DNA from: Candidatus Omnitrophota bacterium
GTDB taxonomy: Bacteria; Omnitrophota; Gorgyraeia; Gorgyraeales; Gorgyraeaceae
DNA: 64,000 bases
Direction: 5' to 3'
Assembly: GCA_030691625.1 (NCBI GenBank)
Contig: JAUYDX010000042.1
Location: 463 to 64,462 of the forward strand
Shown here: positions 15,001-27,000 of the stretch, one piece after another
Position numbering within the stretch: the stretch's first letter is position 1
Layout of the letters: each line of letters opens with the position of its first letter
Translations under genes and position numbers: made by a program
The notes under the pieces: model-generated
Told to the model about the DNA's origin: nothing
Seen by the model: the letters and a program-made list of their open reading frames with translations, nothing else
Databases searched by the model: none

Positions 15001-18000
15001 GCAGGCATTATGAATGATATAAACATTTTATTAAAGAGTATGGGAGAAGAGGCCTTGAGTTTTGACAGCCACTATACAGGCTATCTGCCTCAATCCAGAA
15101 AAGAAATAATGTCCTTATATGAAAATGGCTATAAGACAGGGGTTGAGGTCCGCGACATAAACATAGCAGAGTTCAATAAAGGCAATTACTATTACACCAG
15201 CCAGAAGATCAGGGATTTAAGGAATGCAAACGGAGTAAAGATAGGGTATTCCACAGAATACTTTAATAAATGGGGCGTAGAAACAGGCGTTCCTGAGTAT
15301 ACATCCAATACCGTGTTCCAGAGGGATGAAAATGGATATTTAACTGGCGAGGCAGTGCTTACGCATAAAGGCGGGGAATTTAAATACGAACATTCTACAT
15401 ACACCAGGGATGAATATGGCAGGATAAACGGCATGGATAAGCTGACAGTGGCAGGGCCTTTGTCAGAGAAGGATACGCCCGCGAGCGGCTATGACCACAG
15501 GAAGGTCAGCGTCTTGTTCGAGAAGATACATTATGTAAGAGACTCTATTACGCATATGAGGATAGGTGCTATCAGTGAAAAATGGCTAGACGGGAACTGG
15601 TATAAGCACAATAAGGATTCAAATGATTATATTGAACCCGACAGGGTGGCGATTAATGTTATTACAGACATCCAGGAAAAGTTTATTGATGGGAATTGGG
15701 TGGTAGTGAAGAACGCTGTTAATTTTGAATTTTCAAGCAGGGCACCTCCAGCTGCGATTCCGCATACAAAGGCCTCGCCTGACAATGAAGAGCCGCCAGA
15801 GCCGGAACTTCCTGAACAGCCTGAAATCACGCCAGTTTCCCTTGATGAGCTTTACAGTAAAGCGTTTGAAACGCTCCAGCCATTCCTTAATAACCCTGAA
15901 GAATTGAATGTCGGGTTTAAGATAGGCCAGTACACTGTCCTGAACTGGAGTTCTACAAAGATAACCATAGATAAGTTGACCGGCAGGGTGTATTCGGAAG
16001 AGACGGATGTCTATACTAATGACCTTGGCAGGCAGTGGTCCAGAAAAGACTATACCTATGAATTGTCGCAAAAGCAGAAAGATAAGGGCCTGACGCCTGC
16101 AGATTTTAAAGGCGAGGCTACAGGCTGGATCCAGTCTGGAAAGCGCGATGGCCTTTGCGTGAGCTTTAAGTTGGACGAAAACGGTTATACAGGGCTAAGG
16201 GTAGATCTCTATTATGACCCCATTACAGGATCGGTAACCGAACAGGATAGCTATGGCGGATACGGCAATTCAAAAGAAGGGACATGGGTTACCTATAAGA
16301 CAGAGTATTCTGACGGCCGTTCCAGTGACGGTACCGATGATGTAGAGGAATTTTTAAGGAATTCCGGATATTTAATAGCAGGTTCGGAGATAGAGACCAC
16401 GACCCAGAGTTACGAGGACACAGAGGACCAGGGAGGATATGCCAGAAACCAGACGCGCATCGAGTACCAGGTAAAGGTCAAGCAGGGCGTAAGTATCGGA
16501 GACGCGCTGGACCAGAAGAACCTGACCTATGATATTCTTGGCAGGATTACGTCAGGCGTATTCGCGACCTGGAACGACAAGAAAAGTAGATATGATATCA
16601 CCACTAAGACCAATATGCGGTATGACGCTTATGGCCGTCCCTTAAGCTATACTGAATATTCCACAATTGACGGCATCACATCCACAACAAATATCAAAGA
16701 TATCACTTATGACGCCTTTGGCCAGGAAATAAGCCGCTATATATCCGGAGAGTCAATAGACAGTAAGAATAAAAAAACCACCTTTAAAGGCACTATCACC
16801 AGCACCAATACCTACGACCCAGTAGGGCTTCTCAAGCAGAAGACCACAAGCGAGAACATCAAGTATGAACAGAAAAAATCCGGGTGGGGGCTGTTTGCTT
16901 TCTTTGGAGCAATATTCGCAGCAATATTTGCGGTCTTACTTGCGCCTTTCACAGGCGGTATGAGTTTATTGCTGCTTAAGGTCCTTTCTATAATGCTAAC
17001 AGTATCATTCTATGGTATGGCTACTATTGCTATAGCTAAAATTTGTGGCTGGGGCGGTTATGCAGTAGGCAGTATTTCAGAAAAGATTACTCAGTATAGC
17101 TATATTTTCAGTAAACTCGGCCGCACAGATACAGAAAAAGTCCTTAAGGATGTTCAGAAGGCCATATGGAATTTCTGGAGGGTTGCTGAGACTGTAAATA
17201 TTATAGCAGTGGGCATAATTGCTTCGATTATAAGTTTTGGAGTTTTAGGCCCTGCTATTGCAGGAGCTATGACTGCTCAAACTGCTGCTACAGCCGCGGT
17301 AGCAACTACAACTGCAGCAATATCTGGAAGCGTAGCTGCTTTAACTGCTGGTACAGTTGCGGGAGGCGTTGCCGCAGCCATGGCCGCGGGTTTCTCTGCT
17401 ATTGCAGCTGCCGCAGTAGCGCATTTAGCAGTTGTCACTTTTATCGCAGGCATGATTGCCACTGGCATAGCCGCAGTTGTATCAGGCGTTATTACAGCAT
17501 TCTTTGAGTTTATGCAAAATGATTTTAAGTCTTGGGCATTCGGATTAAGGGATTTCCTCATGTCTTTTGCAAGCGGCGTATTCAGCGCGGTATTTGAAGG
17601 AATAAGCCAGGCGCTTCAGTCGAGCTGGAGCGCAGGCGGCAAGGTAGCAAAGGTAATACATCAGATGAGAGATGCGTTCAGAACAGTAAGTCATTTAATG
17701 CCAGGCGCGCTTACAGGATTTACAATAGCGCTTCTTTATACCACTGTGAAATGGATAGCTACAGGTAAATTCGAATTTGATAATTTAGCGTATGGGATTA
17801 TGGCAGCAGGACTTTTTACAGATATACTGAGATGGGCGTTTAATATAGGGATGGGCCCAACAAAGTATGGCCCATTCAAAGAAGGCCTTTCTGTAAAAAG
17901 CGATTTTATCTATGACAAGATCTGGAAAAACCTGTCAGGCGCATTGAATAAAGTCTGGGAAGGATTCAAAAAGATCCTCAGCATTAGCCAGGAATATACT

Positions 18001-21000
18001 ATAGGCAATACCTATGACCAGCAGTTTGGCTTTGAGCTTGGCTTGAGCAGTTTTAAGCCTACAAAGACCGGATTTTTTGCAGGAATTAAAGAAAGGATGG
18101 CTTATTTAGCAAATTCTCCGTTCGTAGCGCACGATGCATTTGTTTTTGTCAGAAAGATAGTGCGCGGCTTTATAGAAATATTTGCAGCCAGTAAGCTCTC
18201 TGAGGCGCAGAGGGCAAAGCAGTCTAAAGAGTCGTCCGGCTCAAGGAGCACTGCGCCATGGATAGCTCTCTTAGGGTTTATTTCAATTGATGTGACCAAG
18301 CTTGATGTTGCAAGGAATATAGATAAGAATGGAAAGCCTATAGCGGATATTAAAAAAACCATAGAGATGGCGCCAGGCTTAAAAGTGCCTATCCTTAACA
18401 GCCTTACATACAGAAGCATGGATTTATTCGGAAGCCTGGGAAGACTGGTTATCCAGGTAGTAATGGCAAATGTGGCGATCCATAACCAGGAGAAGACAGC
18501 AGACGGGAGAGAAACCGGCAAGGAGAAGATCTGGGTTACCCTGATGAGGAATATAGTGGTAAATTCCTTTAATGTCATTGCCAGGATCGTGAATGTGGAA
18601 AGGACTGTCAGGGACAGGCTTGCCCAGGAAAACGGCTGGGTAGAAGGGGTTGATGGCTGTGAAATGGATATGGATAAAGAAGGCAACTGGGTGGCTACAA
18701 AGGACGGCCAGATGATCAAGTTTAACCCCACAGGCATGCTTATTATAGGAAGAGATATGTTTGGAATAGACAAGGATGGAAATCAGGTCCACATAGTAGA
18801 GAAGTTTATAAAAGCCGCTGAAATGAAAGGAAGGGAAGATAATTTTGAAGGATGTTACGGCGTGATAGTAAGAACTAAAAATGGGGATATTACTTATACC
18901 CCGATTGTAAAATTAGAAAATAAATTCCAATATCTTTCTGAGATTACACAAGAAGAGTATGAGAATAACCTGGCGTCATTCCATGTCACAAGCTATGCAG
19001 CCATGAATTTTGACGGGCTTTTAGGTCCTGGCACAAAGGATAAGATTGAAATTGAAGAGGCATTTGAGCTTATGCCTTCCGCTGATTTCAGCAATGAACC
19101 GGTCTATGTGTTTATAGTCATTGATAAAGATGGGAAAATAACAAAGCGCATGGAAGTATTTGACATGAGACTCAGAAGGCTTATGGAATATGAGTTTAAA
19201 TTAGACGCATTGCCGATGCTTACTTTCTATGGCAACTGGATGCCTTATGTAGGTAAAAATCTTACTACAGGTAAATTCGAGATTTTATATGAACGCGACA
19301 GCTTTACGGTTTTTGGCAATAATTCCGCGATTAAAGCCCATAGAAATGCTGACGGGACTATAACAAAGATTCTTTATGCGCTGGAAGGCGGAAAATTTAT
19401 TCAAAACGGTAATCCAGAAACCTTAAGGCCTGATTATGCGATAACGCTTGAGCTGCCAAAGGTGTTCATAGGAACACCTTTCTTTCCAAAAAGCGAAACC
19501 GGGGAAGAAAAGGAAACTAAGCAGCCTGCCGGAAAATTGTTGCAGCTTCCAGGGAAGTTTTTTGGCGAGGAAGGCAGCGTGAAAGCTGTTATAACAGATG
19601 AATCCGCAGCTATGATTAAATTCAGATACGAGATTGGCGGAAAGATATATGAAGGTGTCATAACAGCTATAGAGGAAGGGAAGGGAGGGATTGAGCGTTC
19701 AAGGATAGAAGAAATAACCAGTATTGACATGGCAAAGATAGAGATCATAACAGATACAGGCAAAGCCATATTTTATAAAATCGGAGACCAGACTTTCAGT
19801 GAAAACGAATATAAGATATTTAAGGATTCCGCAGTTAAAATGAACCTGGATTTCAAGCTGTGCCTGGAGCTTGTAAAGCTATTTAACATTGATCCGAAGG
19901 ATTTATTTAAAGATCAAGGGGTAAACGCAGATAAAAAGATTATCGGAGCGCTAAAGGCGTTATTAGAAATTTCAGCAGGCAGGGCGCCGCCTCTAGCAGT
20001 AGAGAAGATCTCAGCTTTTATAGATAAAATAAATAAAGGAGAAATAAAAGTAAAATACCTTACAGATTCCCCTGAAAATTCAGGCGTCCTCGCCAGATTT
20101 AACCCGGAAACAAATGAACTCTCCATAGCAGGGCTAAATACCTCAGATAAAGACATGGCAGTCCTGTTCGGCCTTGTCATATTCCACGAACTCACAGGCC
20201 ATCTGGAATTTACAAAAGCCACAGGCTTAAAGGCTGTAGATACGCTAAGCGTGTTTATTAACGAAATCGCGGCCTGGATGAGTACACTTGACATATTCGG
20301 CATAGATAACCTTAGCGGTATATTAAAGGAAAAGATAAAGGACGCGAAAGGCATTGCGCTAGTCATAAAGGCGCAGTTTGAGGCATTGATAGACGCTGTA
20401 AAATCCGGGACATTGCCAAAGAAAATATTTGAGGCATATGGTTTTGACAAGGCGCTTGGAAAGTCCTTTGAGAATATCAAATTTGAAGTCCTGGCAAAGC
20501 TAAAAGAGATATCCCCTCTTACTAAGGGCACTATATTCGAATCAGCTGTTAGTAAGCTTATAGGTATGCTGTCGCTGTCTCTGGCGCCTGTTGTAATACC
20601 CAGGCAGTCTATTGATTCAAGAGGCAGGGTAGTTGAAACGACCTACATGATATCCGGCGGCGCGCCAGGCACCATAGAATCCATCTCTGTCAGGTATTCC
20701 TACCGCGGGGATACCAATGTGCTTGATTACATGGAAGGCAGGCTCCCCATCGCAGACGGCATGTTCGCAGACAGGTCTATAAAGGTATATTGTGACAGCC
20801 ATGGCATGCTTGACTGGAAAACCGCGATATTCACAGATACAAATGAAAAAGCGGAATTGATATTAGCGACAAACACAGAAGGGAAAAAGTTTATATTTGA
20901 CACAATTTCAGGCAATTTGTTCGGGTTAGATATTATAGATACCTTAAAAGGAGAAAACCGTTTATCCGCGAGTTTCTCTATTAAAGACATTGACACCAAA

Positions 21001-24000
21001 AATGGTAAAGATGCATTTTATAAGGCAATAATAGGACATTATGCAAATATAGCCGAAGAGCTCAGAAAAGACAGTTATTATAAAGGACCGGTTATAACAG
21101 AGGAAAATTGGGGTAGCCAGTTCAGAGCTGTAAATATCGCAGCTGCAATGAAATCCATAGCCGAACTTAGAGCCAAGGCTTACCATGAAACTGCCGACGC
21201 CTTACTCGTAAAAGCAGAGACCTTAGTACAAAAAGGCCAGTGGAGAGAAGCGCTCGGCGATATATTCACAGCCCAGGCAAATGTCGTTGCTGAAAACTGG
21301 GCAAAGACAACAACTAAAGATGGAAAGACCATATGGCTAGCAAATAACGGCAATATTGAAACTATCGGCAAGCTTTATATAACAACCCAGATAGCCGAGC
21401 TTAGAGCCAAGGCTTACCATGAAACTGCCGACGCCTTACTCGTAAAAGCAGAGGCCTTAGTAGCAAAAGGCCAGTGGAGAGAAGCGCTCGGAGATATATT
21501 CACAGCCCAGACAAATGTCGTTGCTGAAAACTGGGCAAAGAAAGAGGCGAAGTGGGATTCTTACAAAGGCTCTATACTCGACAAAGTAGAGCAGGCAGGC
21601 TTGGACTACGGAAAGTATCTGTTAGGCATAGCAAATAAAGAGATAACCGAAGCAAAAGGAAAAGGTATCACTATAGAAAGCTTTGATCCTTCAAAGATTA
21701 CACTCACAAAAGACAACTGGAGAGAAATGCTCAGCACTATCTCTACAGGCCTGACAAATATATCTGTAGAAATGTGGGCAAAGACTACAAATACCAAAGA
21801 TGGGAAGATGACAATATGGACAACTAATAACGGGAATACTGAAACTATCGGCGCTCTTTACGCAACCCATCTCATAGCTGATATCAGGAGCAAGCCTAAC
21901 CATGAGAGCGCAAATACCCTTCTTGCAAAGGCAGAAGGCCTGATAGCTAAAGGCCAGTGGAGAGAAGCGCTCGGCGATATATATGAGGCGCAAGCAAAGA
22001 TATTTAATGTCCGAGTTGTAAACGGCAGGGAGTTTGCATTTGTGAAAGAGAATGGAGTGGAGAATCTGGGAAATGGCAATATGAAAGTTACTCTTATGGA
22101 CGGAACAGAGTATTTTGTTGATAAGGGCGGAAATATCTACAGGAGAGTAACGCGTTCCAGAGAAGTTGATATAGAAAAGACAATAGCGGAACAGGGTGAA
22201 TTCAAAGATATAAAAGAAGGTAATTCAGTTAAGACAGTGTTTATCTCAGGAGCGCGCGTAACTATAACAAAAAGCGATCCAAGAAACCATGAGCTGGCAT
22301 TTCAGGTAAACCTTCTCAAGGTAGAAACAATCCACGATGGCTTACTAGTATCTATGACAGAAAATGGCATAGATGAAAAAGGCAAGAGTATAAATAAGAG
22401 AGTTAAATATGAAAACGAGGCTATGTATTTTGACGGCAAGTCTTATGTCCTCAGTATAGGCAAATCGAGCGAGGGTTATATAGATTCAATAGGTCAATAT
22501 GAAGCTTCCTCTTCGGGCGAATATAAGCTTATAAATTTTGCCCAGCTGCCAGAAGGAACACACGTTAAACAGGTTAATTACAACTTATTCAAAGAAACAA
22601 AGAGTATGCCAGACCACTTTGACCCTGCTACGCAAAAATGCATAGAGAAAGATGTGATTTTTGTAAGACTTACCTTAACTAATTCTTCCGGCACAGAAAT
22701 AAGCGGGGTTTCTTATGACAGTTACGCATACGCGGATAACGCCGAGTATCATCTAAGCACTTCTATACAGCGTATACGCATGCCCAGCGGAGATCCTACT
22801 ATACCTAATTATGTTACCACAGAAGAAGTTTTAAGCCGCTCGTCCTCATTATACGATGGCTCTGGCGCGCTTATTTATACAGGATCTATAGACAGAGATG
22901 GGAAAATAGAACAGGTTACTGATTTTACCAGCATAGATGGCAGATTGGTGCAGAAAGAGACAGTAAACATAGTGGATAGCAAGGTTCATAAAGGAACATT
23001 CACTTGGGAAAAAGATTGGGACGGTTATAAATCCACAATGGAAATGATAACCGAGGAAAATTTAGGGGATACAAAAAAGACTATTACGGTAAAGGAAATA
23101 ACTTATTATGATAGCACGTTTTCAAATATTCCAGGGACTGGTTCTACTGTATTTACAGATGGCAAAAAAGAATGGGCTGTAGAAGAATCAACTACTAAAT
23201 CCTGGGGCTGGTTTACACCATTTCTATCAGTGGGAACTAAAATAAGATCTGTATACTACAATTGGGTAGCTGGTCAGACAGAGATTGACGATGGCTTTGG
23301 TAATAAGATTCAGGCTTCAGAAACATACCTAGACTATTTAATGGATAATAAATTACAAAGCCTTGCTAATGCAAAACTGTCAGAGGGTTTTCTTAGATAT
23401 ACAAGAGAGGAGATTAATGAAACAAAACCCTGGGTCAGATTAGGGCTTGAGCTAGGTATGTCAGCTACGGTAGGTTTTTTAGATGGCATCACTCTGCCCA
23501 TATCCTTCATCTTAGATCCTATCGGCACAGGAAAAGGTTTTGTGGATATGGTTAAGACATTGAATATTCAGCTGCGCGATGATTTTATCTGGACAGTAGG
23601 GTCTTTTATAGGTTTTGGAAAAGGCATGAAGGCTTTACACATATTACCTGAGTTATTCAAAACAGGAGACGTAGCAAAGTCAGGTGCGCTTGAACTGTTG
23701 AAAAAATCAGGATCTTCAGATGTTGCAATATCAAAGCTTAATTTAGGATTTAGCGCTAAGTTATGGATGAAATATGGCAAATACATAGAATATGCGCCTG
23801 AAGCTGCAGGAAGGTTTATTATGAGCCAGGTTTCTACAGTGGTAGGGATGGGTTTTATGTTTGGCATTTCCTATCTACTGGGTACGGTTTTTGGCTCAAC
23901 AAGCGAATATCTTGGATTAGGGAGAGATTTTGGAGAAGGTTTGGGAGGATTAATAGGGTTCTTTGCGCCAGGCGCTATAATGAAAATAGCAGTGGAAACC

Positions 24001-27000
24001 ATTAAAGCCAGGGCAGAACAAAAACAGATAGTATCAGTGGAGTCTGTACAGACAAGTATTATCGCTAAAACTTATTTAGGCATTGAGTTAAGCCCAGGGG
24101 AAGAGATATTTTTAGAAAGGTATTCAAACGATAGCCAGGTTAGATCTAAGATAGACGCAACTACATGGGGAGATATTTTTAGAAAGGTAGCTACAGGAAA
24201 GGATAGGTTAAGCCTTCAGGAATTAGGAAGAGTAGAAAAGCTAGCGTCTGATTTTGTAGATTTAGTCTATTTAAATCCAGGAGAGATTGCGAAACTGTCA
24301 GAGGGAGATTTTAATAAATGGGCTTCGTACAGAGAGATAGATATTGCTAATCCAGCTAAAGCAGCTGATCTTGTAGGGGCATATCTAACCAGAGGAGATA
24401 TTAAATCTGCCATAGAAATCGCAGAAACTACAGCAGACAGCGCTTTGAAAAATAGTTTATATGATACTATAAGTAGTAATATCATGGAATCCATTAGAAA
24501 TAGTGACATTAATGGAGCCAGGGATCTTAAGATAAAGGTCCTGACCAGTATAACCTTTGAAGCTGAGAAAGGATGGGAACAGGATCCATTGGTAACAAGA
24601 TTACAAGGATTTGACATAGACCTTGGAGAAACCTTACGAGAGGGCATAAAGACACAGACTCTTTCTGTGACAACAGATGACTCTAGAATTTGTACGGTCT
24701 CTAATTCTAAATATGGCGCAATAACAGTTAACAAACCAGGGCAGCGTTCAACCGTAAATCCAGATATTATTGAAGCGGCTCAGCCTCCAGATGCAAAAAC
24801 GAAATATAGGTATAATTATGAAACGACTGTCACAACTATAGTAAGGAATATAGCTACGGGTGAAGTAAAAGATATAAAAGAGACAGTGCTGATTGGGTCT
24901 AATAGACGCCTTACTGATGTAGCAATAGAGCAAAAAGCGAGAAACGAAGCGCCTCAGGCATTAAAATTAAGAGAAGATAATGCGAGATTGCTTGAAGCCA
25001 AAAGGTCATGGATTCATTATGAAACGCTCGGGATAACAAGAGAGATATCAGCAATCGGAAGCGCCACAGAGCGCGAGGCTATAGCTACTATAGGGATAGA
25101 TAAACTCAAGGTATTGATAGCAGAAGAAAAGAATAAGCCTGATTCGGCTCAGAAAATCTTTAATCTTATTGCTCTGCACATGGAAGAGAATGCTATAGCT
25201 TATGAGTCAAAATATGGCAAGGCATGGAAGTATCAACCAGCGCAGTATATTGACGCGATCGAGAATTTATATGCGTTAGAAAAAGGTTTTAGATCAGAAG
25301 AAGGAAAAGTCAGGGAGGCTTTTGGGTTATCCTGCGCAGGAGGCAAGACAGCTGCCCAGGCAGCAGCTATAGCCACTTTTAGCGACTTATATCCTGATGC
25401 GAAGGTAATATTTGTCACCACGTCCAAGAATATTAAATCCATGAGGGAGAATATAAGCATCGGCGACAGAGTTAATTACATAGCTGACGAGAAGATATCT
25501 CAGGTAGAAAAAGGCATAAACATAGTTAATTACAGGACCCTGCAGGAATTAGGCATTAGCCAGAAACTGAAGGGCGCGCAGATAGTAGCTGATGAAATAC
25601 AGGCAGGACTGGCTGAGTCTGACCTGGTGCGCAGTATGGGCAAGGACCTTTATAAAAAACTTCCAGTATGGGAGAGGTCCAGGATTGACAGGGAGTTGAG
25701 GCTGTATCAGGAGGTATATAATGTTGTAAGCAGTTATTTAGATGCAGTGAAATCTAAAAATCCTTATTTTGATGGAATACTACGCGATGGGCCTGAGCGA
25801 TGGACTATGGAAAAGAATAATATATTCGAGAGGTTTAAAAATACGCCTGAATGGAAAAAGATGGTTGAGAGAATGGGAGAAACAGACTTTAATGATATGG
25901 TAAACAGCGCTGCAACAGCTTATATGATAGATACAGCTAATGGAAGCGGAGGTTATTACCTGACGCTTAGAGATGGCACTTATGCTTCCACAACTGAGGT
26001 AAACGGCTTGTATAAGATAAGGGCAGGGGATGAAACAAGCGGCTATAAAGATATGGGCTACAGGTTTGTGGAGAAAAAAGATATTACAGGATACTGCGTC
26101 GCTAATAGAGAAGCGGACCCGTTGCCTAATACCAAATTTGGCGGGAACATGGATGGCAGGCCGAGCAAATTAGGCGTGATGGTTGGGATAAAGCATAATC
26201 TTGATATGGATGTTTTAAGGGATTCTTACCTGGATATTATTACAGACCGTACAAATATTATTGGAGCAATAAAACAGGCGCATAGCACGATTGTAAATAC
26301 AGGCACGCTTCAAGGGTGCGAGCCAAGCCTCAGGGGACTCGGGTTTAAAATAACATATTTTGACCAGGAAAGGACTTTGGATTATTTAAAAGAGAGTGGA
26401 AATGTTGATATAAAGGTAGTGTCTGAAAAAGGCAACAGAAGTTTAATAGATATTATAAAAAGTAAATATGCAGAGCAGGAGAGGGCCTTATTGTTAGGAG
26501 TCACTGATAATAATGTTTCTAACCTTGTAAGGCTTATTGATGAATTAAAGCCTGTAAAAGAAAATGGCAAATATTATGTAACTTTTGACGGTAAAAAAAT
26601 AGAATTGATTTTTATATTAGACGACGCTAATTATAAACGACTGGAAGACGCTATACGGACTGAAGCAGAAAGCTCAGATGGCGTGAAAAACAGGATTATT
26701 ATAGGGACTTTTGCAGAAGGCGTAAATACGTGGGCTAGTGTTAAATTAAAAGGCTCTCAGGAACCGGCTTTCAGCGGCTTTGTGATAAAGTTGAATATGT
26801 CCAGCATTGATAATGTGGCTCAGACATTCCAGCGCGTTGCGCTTACAAAAGATATGATAGAGGGAGACCAGAGGGTAGCTGGTAAGGCGCTATGGTATCT
26901 CAATACGGAGAATTTAAAACTCTCATCAGAGGAGAGGGCGATATTGCTAGAAGCGTTTAACTCTCACGATCAGAAGAAAATAGAATCCGCAGTACAATAT

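Noticed and set aside
16810-16830. YDPVGL as an Rhs DPxGL autocleavage site
   Set aside because: It lacks the upstream PxxxxDPxG proline and the RHS-core RYYDP...DP.G region, so it reads as an ordinary last YD repeat.
25015-25050. HYETLGITRE resembling the start of a DnaJ J-domain
   Set aside because: No HPD motif or helix II pattern follows.
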